Assembly (NCBI GenBank): GCA_040256005.1 | Contig: JBDZWC010000057.1 | Coordinates: forward strand, 1-17,889 | Reading direction: 5' to 3' | DNA: 17,889 bases | Origin: Deinococcaceae bacterium | Lineage (GTDB): Bacteria; Deinococcota; Deinococci; Deinococcales; Trueperaceae | Shown: in pieces, positions 1 to 10,132 of the stretch | How the letters are laid out: every line of letters begins with the position of its first letter | How positions within the stretch are numbered: the first letter of the stretch is position 1 | Made by a program: the position numbers and the translations under genes | Notes under the pieces: generated by a model | Seen by the model: only the letters and a program-made list of their open reading frames with translations | Told to the model about the DNA's origin: nothing | The model's database searches: none

Positions 1-784
1 TCTGGTCGCGCTCGTGCGGCGGGAAGAAGTCGATGATGCGGTTGACCGTGCGGATCGCGTCGAGCGTGTGCAGCGTGCTGAACACGAGGTGACCGGTCTG
101 GGCGGCCGACAGCGCGGCCTCCACGGTCTCCTTGTCGCGCATCTCGCCCACCATGATCACGTCGGGGTCCTGGCGCATGGCGTACTTGAGCGCGCCGACG
201 AAGTCGCTGGTGTCCAGGCCGATCTCGCGCTGGACCACGAGGCTCTTCTGGTTGCGGTGGAGGATCTCGATGGGGTCCTCGATGGTGATGATGTTCTTGT
301 TGAAGCGCCGGTTGACGAAGTCCACCATCGCCGCCAGTGTGGTGGTCTTCCCCGACCCTGTGGGACCTGTTACGAGCACGAGCCCGCGCGGCTGGCTGGC
401 CAGCTCGGTCGTAACGGCCGCGGGCAGGCCCAGAGCTTCGAAGCTCGGGATCGCGTCGCGGATCACGCGCATGACGACGCCCACCGACCCCCGCTGACGC
501 AGCACGTTGCAGCGGAAGCGCGCGATGTTGGGGATGTTGAAGGCGAAGTCGACCTCGTGCCTGTGCCTGAACAGGTCGCGTTGGTTCTCGCTCATCATCG
601 CCAGGGCGATCTGCTCGGTCTGCTCCGGCGTCAGGGCGGGCACGCCCTCGTACGGTTGCAGCTCGCCGTCCACGCGCATGTGCGGCGGCGCGCCGGCCTG
701 CAGGTGGATGTCAGAGGCGCCGCGCGCCACGATCGTCTTCAGGAGGTCGGCGATGCGCACACCGCGCGAGGCTGCGTCACTCAT
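1..784 (-). CDS. pilT: Type IV pilus retraction ATPase, PilT/PilU family (3' end outside the window)
   Basis: Not in the ORF track because the stop lies outside the window; translated by hand from ATG at 784: MSDAASRGVRIADLLKTIVARGASDIHLQAG..., Walker A LVLVTGPTGSGKTTTLAAM, Asp box IITIEDPIE, Walker B AMRQDPDVIMVGEMRD, His box GHLVFSTLHT. PilT vs PilU cannot be settled without the C-terminus. Confidence 0.9.
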   Translation of the reverse strand, partial: MSDAASRGVRIADLLKTIVARGASDIHLQAGAPPHMRVDGELQPYEGVPALTPEQTEQIALAMMSENQRDLFRHRHEVDFAFNIPNIARFRCNVLRQRGSVGVVMRVIRDAIPSFEALGLPAAVTTELASQPRGLVLVTGPTGSGKTTTLAAMVDFVNRRFNKNIITIEDPIEILHRNQKSLVVQREIGLDTSDFVGALKYAMRQDPDVIMVGEMRDKETVEAALSAAQTGHLVFSTLHTLDAIRTVNRIIDFFPPHERDQ

Positions 785-869
785 GGTGCGCCCAGTCTAG
801 GGAAACGACGCCCGGAAGGTTGTGACATACCGGTCGCTCCCTTCGCAGCGGCTGCGACGGTGAACGCGT

Positions 870-1652
<783 letters not shown>

Positions 1653-1704
1653 TCATGCCCTCCTAGTCGGCGCTCGCTGCTGTGAGCGCGGCTCACGGCT
1701 GCCA

Positions 1705-2922
1705 CTACCTGACCCCCACGCCCAGCTCCCGCTCGAGCTGGCGGGACGCGACGCTCATCCGGTAGGCGAAGAAGAAGTAGATGACGGCGATGAACAGGAA
1801 CACTTCCAGCTTCACGCCGCCCGTCACCAACAGCGACTGCGGCTGGACCGAGACGATGTCTGCGACCTTGAAGAAGTCCACGAGGCCCACGATGAACACC
1901 AGCGAGGTGTCCTTGAACAGCCCTATGGCCTGGCCGACGATCGCCGGGATGACGGCGCGCAACGCCTGCGGCAGCACGATCAGGTACGTGGTCTGCCAGC
2001 CGGATAGTCCCAGGGCACGGGCCGCCTCCGCTTGGCCGCGCGGGACGGCCTGGAGGCCGCCGCGCACGTTCTCGGCCATGTACGCCGCCGAGAACAGTGT
2101 GATGGCGACGTACGCCCGCATGATCGCGGGCAGCGAGTTCGCGTCCATGTCGAGGATGAGAGGCAGGAGCAACGAGGCGATGAAGAGCCACATGATGAGC
2201 GGTGCGCCCCTGACGACCTCGATGAACCCGATGCAGAAGTACTTGATGGCGGGCATCTTGCTGGCTCTACCCAGTGCCAGGGCGATGCCGATGGGGAAGC
2301 TGGGCACGATGCCCGTGAACAGCACGAGCGTCAGCAGGAAGCCGCCCCAGTCGCGCGATGGGACCACGCGCAGCAGACCGGAGCCCGGCACGAAGCCGTA
2401 GAGGAGCAGCAGACCACCGAAGAGCCACACGACCCAGGCCCACGTCAGGTACCGCACCAAGCGGGGGCGGGCTCGCCCGAGCAGGTAGCCCAGCACCCCG
2501 GCCACGAAGACCAGGGGCCACAGGAGGCGGACCGAGGGCCAGAACAGGATCGCCAGAACCGACAACACGCCCACCAGGCCCATGAACGCGAAGAACGCGT
2601 TGGCCACGATGGACCCCCTGCCGCTGGCGCCCGACATGACGCCCAGCAGTCCCATCATCACGGCGGCGATCGTCAGCGGCCGCCACAGCAGGTCGAAGGG
2701 GTAGCGATAGACGCCGAAGAGCTTCATGTTCGCCCACACCTGCCCCCAGGAGGCGTCCACGAAGACGAACAGCGCGAAGTTGTAGATCACGAACGCGGCC
2801 ACTACACCCGTGAGCACGGTGAGCACCGCGTTGAACGGCGACGAGAACAGGTTGCGTCTGAGCCAGACGAGGGGGCCCCTGGTGGGTACCGGTGCCGGCC
2901 TGGGCTCGATCATCCCGTACAT
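1705..2922 (-). CDS. aapM: Amino acid ABC transporter permease (AapM/BztC family)
   Basis: 405 aa, multiple hydrophobic segments; WLRRNLFSS N-terminal motif, WGGFLLTL, IEVVRGAPLI, EAA loop AENVRGGLQAVPRGQAEAARALGL, FKDTSLV; start lies 1 nt after the stop of the upstream permease. Confidence 0.92.
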   Translation of the reverse strand: MYGMIEPRPAPVPTRGPLVWLRRNLFSSPFNAVLTVLTGVVAAFVIYNFALFVFVDASWGQVWANMKLFGVYRYPFDLLWRPLTIAAVMMGLLGVMSGASGRGSIVANAFFAFMGLVGVLSVLAILFWPSVRLLWPLVFVAGVLGYLLGRARPRLVRYLTWAWVVWLFGGLLLLYGFVPGSGLLRVVPSRDWGGFLLTLVLFTGIVPSFPIGIALALGRASKMPAIKYFCIGFIEVVRGAPLIMWLFIASLLLPLILDMDANSLPAIMRAYVAITLFSAAYMAENVRGGLQAVPRGQAEAARALGLSGWQTTYLIVLPQALRAVIPAIVGQAIGLFKDTSLVFIVGLVDFFKVADIVSVQPQSLLVTGGVKLEVFLFIAVIYFFFAYRMSVASRQLERELGVGVR

Positions 2923-2923
2923 A

Positions 2924-4738
2924 TCAACGCTCCACCAACGCCAGCCTGGCGTTCACGTTGTTGAGCACGACCGAGAACGCCAGGCTGATGGCCAGGTACG
3001 AGCCCACCAGCAGCAGGGCGATTGGTATGGCGGCTCCGGTCTGGTTGCTGACGACGCTCGCTATGACGAACAGCTCGGCGTAGCCGGCCAGCGTGGCCAG
3101 CGACGAGTTCTTCGTGAGGTTCAGGTACTGACTGATGACCGGGGGCAGCACGATGCGCAGTGCCTGGGGGAAGACGACGAGCGAGAACGTCTGGTAGCTG
3201 GACAGGCCGAGCGCGTTGGCGGCCTCGGTCTGGCCCCGGGACACCGCCTGGATGCCGCCGCGGACGATCTCGCCGATGAACGCCGAGGTGTAGATGACCA
3301 GCGCCAGCAGCAGGGCCAGGTAGTTCACGGTGAACCGCGCGCCGCCGTCGTAGTTCGACACGGGGATGTTCACGCCGGAAACGACCAGGGGCCCAACGCC
3401 GAGCACCTCGGTCTGAGCCTCCAGTTCGGACGTCGTGGTGGACTCGGTCGCGCCCTGCCCGAAGGCCGAGAAGCGGCCCCGGGCGGCCGGCGCGGCCTGC
3501 TCCGCCTCCTCCTCTGCCTCATCGTCTACCGGCACCTTGAAGAGCGGGGTCGTGACCTGCCCGTCGCGACCGCTCACGATGACGCGCTCGAAGCCGGTCA
3601 CGGTCAGGACGACGCCCACGCCGTTGTAGCCGCGACCGGTCTCGGGGTCCACCTCCTCGCCCCTGTCGAACTCGCCGTCGCCGTTCCTGTCGACGTAGAT
3701 GGTCGCGACGGAAGGGAAACTGTCGAAGTGCAGGCGGTAGCCGGCGGCCTCGGCGGCCTCCGGGTCGGCGAAGGCCATCTCGTACGACTCGGCCTCGTGC
3801 GGCCTGAGTAGCGGGAAACGCACCGTGGAGTTGACGCGGTCGCGGCCCTCGACGAGGTTCTGTGACGTCTCGGTGAGCTGCGCGGACTCGATGCTGACGC
3901 GCACGGGCACGTACGAGACTGGCTGCCTGCCGGCATCGGTCTGGCGATAGACGACGCCGCGGCCGCGGCCGGCCTCGAAGTCGAAGCCCATGTCAGCGGG
4001 CACGCTGCGATCCATCGACGCCACGGCGTAACCCACGCCGGCGATCACGACGAACGCCAGCAGGGGGTACGGCCAGACGCGCCCGACGACGTCACGCCTG
4101 TCGAGGCTACGCTTGCGCCAGATGCCGGCCGCGACCGCCAACAGGAGGGCGCCGACGAGCCACGGCGCCCAGGCCCCGAACCGGTACGTGGGATAGACCC
4201 ATGGCGTCGCTAGGCCGATGTTCGATAGGAGCAACCCACCGGGCAGAGCCACGGGGTTCGTGATGCGCGGTGGGAACGGCAGCAAGATAGCGGCGTACCA
4301 GAAGACGATCTGGACCGCCAGCGGGATGTTCCGCAGTAGCTCGACGTAGACGGTCGCGATGGACCGCACCAGCCAGTTCGCGGAGAGCCGCATGACGCCG
4401 ACGAGCACGCCGATGAGCGAGGCCAGCACCACGCCCACGATCGCGACCTTCAGCGTGTTGAGGAAGCCGATGAATATCGCCCGGGCGTACGAGTCCCTGG
4501 GCGTGTACGGGAGCGGCGTCTCGGCTATTGGTATGCCCGCACGCTCGGTGAGGAAGGAGAAGTCGGCCGGCAGGTTGGACCGGGTGAGGGCCGTGGTCAC
4601 GTTGTTCACGAGTACGCCTATGGCCGCCACGATGAGCAGCACGAACACGATCTGAGCGAGGACCGTGAGCGTCTTGACGTTGCGCCAGAACGGGATGCGC
4701 GTCTCGGTCGGCGCCATGGCTGTCACGCGGGTTGCCAT
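2924..4738 (-). CDS. aapQ: Amino acid ABC transporter permease (AapQ/BztB family) with a large hydrophilic insertion
   Basis: 604 aa; GFLNTLKV, YVELLRNIPL, EAA loop GEIVRGGIQAVSRGQTEAANALGL, YLNLTKNSSLA; residues ~243-448 are hydrophilic and not part of the usual permease core. Confidence 0.92.
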   Translation of the reverse strand: MATRVTAMAPTETRIPFWRNVKTLTVLAQIVFVLLIVAAIGVLVNNVTTALTRSNLPADFSFLTERAGIPIAETPLPYTPRDSYARAIFIGFLNTLKVAIVGVVLASLIGVLVGVMRLSANWLVRSIATVYVELLRNIPLAVQIVFWYAAILLPFPPRITNPVALPGGLLLSNIGLATPWVYPTYRFGAWAPWLVGALLLAVAAGIWRKRSLDRRDVVGRVWPYPLLAFVVIAGVGYAVASMDRSVPADMGFDFEAGRGRGVVYRQTDAGRQPVSYVPVRVSIESAQLTETSQNLVEGRDRVNSTVRFPLLRPHEAESYEMAFADPEAAEAAGYRLHFDSFPSVATIYVDRNGDGEFDRGEEVDPETGRGYNGVGVVLTVTGFERVIVSGRDGQVTTPLFKVPVDDEAEEEAEQAAPAARGRFSAFGQGATESTTTSELEAQTEVLGVGPLVVSGVNIPVSNYDGGARFTVNYLALLLALVIYTSAFIGEIVRGGIQAVSRGQTEAANALGLSSYQTFSLVVFPQALRIVLPPVISQYLNLTKNSSLATLAGYAELFVIASVVSNQTGAAIPIALLLVGSYLAISLAFSVVLNNVNARLALVER

Positions 4739-4774
4739 CTTCCGGGTTCACGACCTCACAGGCGTCGGGTTCGA

Positions 4775-4851
4775 TGCCCCGCCTCGGGGCACAAGCTCTC
4801 TAGGAAGGCAGAACGCCAGGGCGGAACAGGTCAGCTTCGTCCGCCCTGGCG
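4775..4851 (-). other. Two intercistronic hairpins between the binding-protein gene and the first permease gene
   Basis: Perfect 12-bp inverted repeat CGCCAGGGCGGA (4814-4825) / TCCGCCCTGGCG (4840-4851) with a 14-nt loop, and 7-bp TGCCCCG/CGGGGCA (4775-4791). Only a weak U-rich tail on the minus strand (UUCUGCCUU). Confidence 0.7.
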
Positions 4852-4902
4852 ATCCTTGACTACCGAGTGTCTCTGAGCCCTGGGTTCGGGGCTAGGCCGG
4901 CG

Positions 4903-5928
4903 TCAGTTGAATGGGTAGCCGTAGATAAGGCCGCCCTCGTAGTACTGCGCGTTGAGGCCGCGCTCGAGCTGGAACACGGAGCCGGAGCCCAGGTTGCGCT
5001 CGAAGATCTCGCCGTAGTTGCCCACGGCCTTGATCGCCCGCCGGAACGCGTCGGCATCGAGACCCAGGTCCTGCACGTAGTTCTCGGCGCCCGGCGCGCC
5101 CAGCAGGCGCTGCACCTGCGGGTCCGCCGCCCCCACCAGCATCTCGTCGACGTTGGCCTGCGTGACACCCAGCTCCTCGGCGTTGAAGAGCGCGTACACG
5201 GTCCAGGTGACGATGTCGGTCCACTGGTCGTCGCCCTGAAGGACGGCCGGCCCGAGCGGCTCCTTCGAGATGAGAACGGGCAGGATCTTGTGGTCCTCCG
5301 GCACGCGCAGCGTCTGCTGGATGGACACGAGGCCGGAGGAGTCTGTCGTCCAGCCGTCGCACTGGCCATCGTCGTAGGCCGAGGCGAGCACCGGGGCCGT
5401 CTCGAAGATCACGGGCGTGAAGTCGACGCCGAGACCCGCCATCGTCGTGGCGAGGTTCGTCTCGGTCGTGGTTCCCGACTGCACGCAGATCGAGCGGCCC
5501 TGGAAGTCCTGCAGCGTGTTGATGCCGGAGTCTTTGCGGACCATGAAGCCCTGGCCGTCGTAGAACGTGGTCGGCGCGAAGTCGGCGCCCCACACGGTCT
5601 CGCGGCTGCTGGTCTTCGTGGTGTTGCGGATCAGGACGTCGATCTCGCCGGACTGGAGGGCGGTGGGCCGCTCGCCGGCGGTGAGGGGACGGTAGACGAC
5701 GGCCTCGGGGTCACCGAGCACGGCCGCCGCGATGGCCCGGCAGAAGTCGATGTCGAAGCCCTGGTACTCACCTGACTCGTCGACGTAGCCGAAGCCGGGC
5801 AGGTTGGCGTTCACCCCGCAGCGGAGCTCGCCCCGCTGCTTGATGGCGTTCACGACGCTCTGAGAGAAAGCGGTGCTGAGAAGCGTGAGTAGAGATAGGA
5901 CTACGACTGCCTGGATGGATCGCTTCAT
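4903..5928 (-). CDS. aapJ: General L-amino acid ABC transporter substrate-binding protein (AapJ/BztA family)
   Basis: 341 aa; Sec-type signal peptide (..STAFS|Q, no lipobox Cys), RGELRCGV..LPGF, GFDIDFCRAIAAAVLGD, FYDGQGFMV, ICVQSGTTTE, ISKEPLGP, VGNYGEIFERNLG. Confidence 0.95.
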   Translation of the reverse strand: MKRSIQAVVVLSLLTLLSTAFSQSVVNAIKQRGELRCGVNANLPGFGYVDESGEYQGFDIDFCRAIAAAVLGDPEAVVYRPLTAGERPTALQSGEIDVLIRNTTKTSSRETVWGADFAPTTFYDGQGFMVRKDSGINTLQDFQGRSICVQSGTTTETNLATTMAGLGVDFTPVIFETAPVLASAYDDGQCDGWTTDSSGLVSIQQTLRVPEDHKILPVLISKEPLGPAVLQGDDQWTDIVTWTVYALFNAEELGVTQANVDEMLVGAADPQVQRLLGAPGAENYVQDLGLDADAFRRAIKAVGNYGEIFERNLGSGSVFQLERGLNAQYYEGGLIYGYPFN

Positions 5929-6004
5929 GGGTCCACCTTCCTGTGCGAACAGGCGCTTTGAGATTGGCTCCCCATCGCAAGGAGAAGAACAGGGGCCTGT
6001 GCCG

Positions 6005-6034
6005 AGCTTAACGTCCGCCCGGTCCCGCGCGCAA
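6005..6034 (-). promoter_or_regulatory. Putative sigma70-type promoter of the amino acid ABC operon
   Basis: Minus strand TTGCGC (6034-6029), 18 nt, TAAGCT (6010-6005), about 75 nt upstream of the aapJ start. Found by eye only. Confidence 0.45.
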
Positions 6035-6177
6035 CTGCACTACCCGCAACGCTGGGCAGGCTGCACCAACGGGACCAGCGCACGGGTTCAGCCGCCGAAC
6101 GCCCCACCAACGCGGCATTACTTGGTTCTGGTCGTACGTACTGCTCGTTTCGCCGCCTTATATGGCCCACAACGACC

Positions 6178-6212
6178 AACGGCGCCCCGCTCGCGTATGG
6201 CGGGGCGCCGTT
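6178..6212 (-). terminator. Probable terminator hairpin of the V/A-ATPase operon
   Basis: Perfect 13-bp inverted repeat AACGGCGCCCCGC / GCGGGGCGCCGTT with a 9-nt loop, ~65 nt after the subunit D stop; imperfect U/G-rich tail (UUGGUCGUUGU). Confidence 0.75.
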
Positions 6213-6276
6213 CTCGTGTGCCGTCGGGCTTATGAGAAGGGACCGGCGTGCCAGGCCTGCGCCGACCTCCTGAGCG

Positions 6277-6933
6277 TCAGGCCGCGTCGGGACGCGCTTG
6301 CCGCTCGGCCTCTTCCTTGCTCTCCAGCTTGGCCTTGATCTTCTTGAGCACGGTCGTCTCTTCCAGCGCGCGCTGGTCGAGGACGCTGCGGATGTGCCTG
6401 ATCTCGTAGTTGATGCCGGGGATGACGAGCTGCTCGAGCGCGTTCACCCTGCGGTTCGTCTTCTTGATCTCCTCGCCTATGCGCCGCAGGCGGGTCTCGG
6501 TGGCGGCCACCTTGATGAGCGCCTCCACCAGCTTGCGGAACTGGGAGGCGGCCTCCAGCGTCGTCGCCCCGGCTCCCACCGGCGAGAACGGCAGCTTGTC
6601 GTCGAAGTGCGGCGCCTGCACCTGCGGCACCTTGACGCCGAAGATGTTCTCCATCTTCAGCCCTACCTCGACGGCCTTCGACTCCGCCAGCGCCAGGCTG
6701 GACACGTTCTCGGGGCCGTCCCAGGCGTTCGCCAGGAACAGGGCGAAGTAGGCCTCGCGGCTCGCCTCACCCAGCTGCCTGCGCGCCTCGAGCGACGACT
6801 TCACCAACGCGAAGAACTCGCCGATGAGCGCGTCGCGCTTGCGCTTGAGGAGGTCAGCCCCGCGGATCGCGAGCTTGACCTGGTCCCGCCGCTGCAGCAG
6901 GTTGGAGCGGGTCGGAGCGACGTTCTCTGCCAT
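6277..6933 (-). CDS. atpD: V/A-type ATP synthase subunit D
   Basis: 218 aa; PTRSNLL, GADLLKRKRDALI, EEIKKTNRRVNALE; last gene of the operon. Confidence 0.97.
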   Translation of the reverse strand: MAENVAPTRSNLLQRRDQVKLAIRGADLLKRKRDALIGEFFALVKSSLEARRQLGEASREAYFALFLANAWDGPENVSSLALAESKAVEVGLKMENIFGVKVPQVQAPHFDDKLPFSPVGAGATTLEAASQFRKLVEALIKVAATETRLRRIGEEIKKTNRRVNALEQLVIPGINYEIRHIRSVLDQRALEETTVLKKIKAKLESKEEAERQARPDAA

Positions 6934-6944
6934 CTAGGCGCCTC

Positions 6945-8369
6945 CTAGAGCCTGTCCTTGGACGCGGCTCCCCAGAGCTCCTCCATCTTGGCTCCGTAGT
7001 ACTTGTCGATCTGGTCGTTCGAGAGCCTGGTGAGCTCGCTCTTGGGCAGCAGCGAGAGGATGCTCCAGGCGATGTTGAGCGACTCGTCGATCGTGCGGTT
7101 CTCGGAGCCCTGGTTGATGAAGCGCTTCTCGAACTCGTCGGCGAACTGGAGGTAGAGCTTGTCGGTCTCGGACAGGGCGTCCTCACCCGTGATGGCCACG
7201 AGGCGCCTGAGGTCGAGACCGTTGGCGTAAGCCGCCTGCAGCTGGTCGGCGACGTTCTTGTGGTCCTTGCGCGTCTTGCCCTCACCGATGCCGTTGTTCA
7301 TGAGGCGCGACAGGGACGGGCCCGGGTTGATGGGCGGGTAGATGCCCTTGTTGTGCAGCGCCCGCGCCATGTAGATCTGACCCTCTGTGATGTAGCCGGT
7401 CAGGTCGGGGATGGGGTGCGTGACGTCGTCGTCCGGCATCGAGAGGATGGGCAGCTGGGTGACGGAGCCTGGCAGGCCCTCCACCACGCCGGCGCGCTCG
7501 TAGATGCTCGCCAGGTCCGTGTACATGTAGCCGGGATAGCCGCGGCGACCGGGGATCTCCTCGCGTGCCCCGCCGATCTCGCGCAGCGCCTCGCAGTAGT
7601 TGGTCATGTCCGTGAGGATGACCAGCACGTGGTAGCCGTGCTCGAACGCGAGGTACTCGGCGGCGGTCAGGGCCATCTTCGGCGTCAGGAGGCGCTCGAC
7701 CGCGGGGTCGTCCGCCTTGTTGAGGAACAGCACGCTACGCGCCAGGGCGCCGGTGCGCTCGAACTCCTGCGTGAAGAAGGTCAGCTCGCGCTGGGTGACG
7801 CCCATGGCCGCGAAGACGACGGCGAACTCGGTGTCCTCGCCGATGACGGTGGCCTGGCGTGCGATCTGGGCCGCCAGCTCGTTGGCCGGCAGGCCGGACC
7901 CTGAGAAGATGGGCAGCTTCTGGCCGCGCACGAGGCTGATGAGGCTGTCGATCGTGCTGATGCCCGTCTGGATGAACTCCTCGGGCTTCCGCCGCGAGAC
8001 CGGGTTGATGGGGGCGCCACCGATGGGCAGGCGCTTGTCTGCCACGACCGGTGGGAGGCCGTCGATGGGGTCGCCGGCGCCGTTGAAGCGGCGGCCGACC
8101 ATCTCCTTCGCCACGCCCAGGCGGGCGACGTTCTCCACCAGGCTGACCGTGGTGCTCGAGAGGTCGATGCCCGAGGTCTCCTCGAAGACCTGCAGCACCG
8201 CGTACTCCTTCGAGACCTCGATGACCTGTCCGCCACGCTCGCGGCCCTGGCCGTCCACGATCTTGACGATCGCGTTGTAGCTCAGGTCGGGCGCGTTCTG
8301 GAGGAACAGCAGCGGCCCGGAGACGTAGCTGACCTCGGAGTATTCCTTCTTGAGTAGGTTGCTGCTCAT
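6945..8369 (-). CDS. atpB: V/A-type ATP synthase subunit B
   Basis: 474 aa; [69 protein letters not shown]. Confidence 0.98.
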   Translation of the reverse strand: MSSNLLKKEYSEVSYVSGPLLFLQNAPDLSYNAIVKIVDGQGRERGGQVIEVSKEYAVLQVFEETSGIDLSSTTVSLVENVARLGVAKEMVGRRFNGAGDPIDGLPPVVADKRLPIGGAPINPVSRRKPEEFIQTGISTIDSLISLVRGQKLPIFSGSGLPANELAAQIARQATVIGEDTEFAVVFAAMGVTQRELTFFTQEFERTGALARSVLFLNKADDPAVERLLTPKMALTAAEYLAFEHGYHVLVILTDMTNYCEALREIGGAREEIPGRRGYPGYMYTDLASIYERAGVVEGLPGSVTQLPILSMPDDDVTHPIPDLTGYITEGQIYMARALHNKGIYPPINPGPSLSRLMNNGIGEGKTRKDHKNVADQLQAAYANGLDLRRLVAITGEDALSETDKLYLQFADEFEKRFINQGSENRTIDESLNIAWSILSLLPKSELTRLSNDQIDKYYGAKMEELWGAASKDRL

Positions 8370-8376
8370 ATCGCTC

Positions 8377-10116
8377 CTAAGCCGCTACGGCGAAGCCTTT
8401 CTCGAGCTCCGTCATGACGTCCTGTTGGTAGGCGGGGAACTCGTCTTCGGGCACGTACCGCGACCGGCTGATCTTCTCGATGACCGGGTTCTTGAGCACG
8501 TCGTCCACCGTGGCGCCGCTCTCGAGAGCGCTCCGGGCCTGGTCGTAGAGGCTGATCATCATCTGGAGCATGCCGTAGGCCTTGGACATCGAGCAGCTGG
8601 CGTCGACGGGGTCGAAGCCGTTCTGCTGCAGGAAGTCCTGCCTGAGCACGCGACCGATCTCGATGACCAGGCGCTCCTGGTCCTGCAGCGCGTCGGGGCC
8701 GACCAGCTGGACGACCTCCTGGAGGTCGGACTCGCGCTGGAGCAGCTCGACGGCACGGTCGCGCAGCGCCGTGTAGTCGGGCGCCACGTTCTCGGCGTAC
8801 CACTCCTCGAGGATCGGCGAGAACAGCGAGTAGGACCGGTTCCAGTTGATCGCGGGGAAGTGCCGGCGGCGCGCCAGCGCTGCGTCGAGGGCCCAGAAGC
8901 AGCCCGTGATGCGCAGCGTCGCCTGCGTGACCGGTTCCGAGAAGTCGCCCCCGGCGGGGCTGACGGCGCCGATGATCGAGACCGCCGCCTGCTCACCGTT
9001 GAGGGTGGTGACGCGGCCGCCGCGCTCGTAGAAGGCGGCCAGTCGCGATGACAGGTAGGGAGGGTAGCCTTCCTCGGCCGGCATCTCCTCGAGGCGCGAG
9101 CTGATCTCGCGCAGCGCCTCGGCCCAACGACTGGTGGAGTCGGCCATCACCGACACGGCGTAGCCCTGGTCGCGGAAGTACTCGGCCAGCGTGATGCCGG
9201 TGTAGATCGACGCCTCACGGGCGGCCACCGGCATGTTCGAGGTGTTGGCGATGAGGACCGTGCGGTGCATGAGCGGGTTGCCTGTCTGCGGGTCCTCGAG
9301 CTCTGGGAACTCGACCAGCACGTCCGTCATCTCGTTACCGCGCTCACCGCAGCCCACGTAGACGACGACGTCGGCGTTGCCGTACTTCGCGATCGACTGC
9401 TGGGTGACGGTCTTACCCGAGCCGAACGGGCCGGGGATCGCCGCCGTGCCGCCCATCGCGAGCGGGAACAGGACGTCGAGGATACGCATGCCCGTGAGGA
9501 ACGGCACCACGGGGTCGAGCTTGCGCTGCACCGGCCGCGGCTGGCGCACCGGCCAGGCGTGGAACATGCGCAGCTCGGTGCCGTCCTCGAGCGTGGCGAC
9601 GACGGCGTCGACGGTGTACTCGCCCTCGGCGACGACGCTCTTGACCTTGCCGCCCTGGCCCGGCGGGACGAGGATCTTGTGCGTGAACGCGAACTCGGGC
9701 ACGGTGCCTATGGGATGGCCCGCCGTGACCTCGTCGCCCACCTTGACGCTGGGCGTGAAGCGCCACTTGGCCTCACGCGACAGCGAGTTGACGGTGATGC
9801 CCCGGTCGATGTAGGTGCCCGAGGCCTCCTGGATCTTGTCGAGAGGCCGCTGGATGCCGTCGAAGATGCCGTTGAGCATGCCCGGTCCGAGCTCCACGGC
9901 GAGGGGCAGCCCGGTGGAGACGACCTCCTGGCCGACCACGAGGCCGCTCGTGTCCTCGTACACCTGGACGAAAGCTGTGTCGCCGTCGAGACGGATGATC
10001 TCGCCGACGAGCTGCTCCTCGCCCACCCTGACGATGTCGAACATCCGGGCGCCCATCATGTTCTCGGCGATCACGGCCGGGCCCGAGATGCTCCTGATCT
10101 TGCCTGCGATTGCCAT
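8377..10116 (-). CDS. atpA: V/A-type ATP synthase catalytic subunit A
   Basis: 579 aa; P-loop [60 protein letters not shown]. Confidence 0.98.
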   Translation of the reverse strand: MAIAGKIRSISGPAVIAENMMGARMFDIVRVGEEQLVGEIIRLDGDTAFVQVYEDTSGLVVGQEVVSTGLPLAVELGPGMLNGIFDGIQRPLDKIQEASGTYIDRGITVNSLSREAKWRFTPSVKVGDEVTAGHPIGTVPEFAFTHKILVPPGQGGKVKSVVAEGEYTVDAVVATLEDGTELRMFHAWPVRQPRPVQRKLDPVVPFLTGMRILDVLFPLAMGGTAAIPGPFGSGKTVTQQSIAKYGNADVVVYVGCGERGNEMTDVLVEFPELEDPQTGNPLMHRTVLIANTSNMPVAAREASIYTGITLAEYFRDQGYAVSVMADSTSRWAEALREISSRLEEMPAEEGYPPYLSSRLAAFYERGGRVTTLNGEQAAVSIIGAVSPAGGDFSEPVTQATLRITGCFWALDAALARRRHFPAINWNRSYSLFSPILEEWYAENVAPDYTALRDRAVELLQRESDLQEVVQLVGPDALQDQERLVIEIGRVLRQDFLQQNGFDPVDASCSMSKAYGMLQMMISLYDQARSALESGATVDDVLKNPVIEKISRSRYVPEDEFPAYQQDVMTELEKGFAVAA

Positions 10117-10132
10117 TGCAGTGGTTCTCCTG

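Noticed and set aside
1679..1699. TGTGAGCGCGGCTCACG palindrome between aapM and aapP resembling CRP/lac operator sites
   Set aside because: Spacer is 7 nt rather than 6, it is inside an operon and no promoter is adjacent; probably a small RNA hairpin.
5929..6177. Known amino-acid riboswitch (glycine, glutamine, T-box) or NtrC site upstream of aapJ
   Set aside because: No consensus core recognised; only isolated TGCAC half-sites and no sigma54 -24/-12 motif recognised.
5873..6235. Small ORFs spanning the aapJ-atpD intergenic region (5873-6235 +, 5925-6179 -)
   Set aside because: No RBS or recognisable protein features; they overlap the putative promoter and terminator.
8377..10116. Possible intein in V/A-ATPase subunit A
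   Set aside because: Normal length with uninterrupted P-loop and GCGERGNE motifs.
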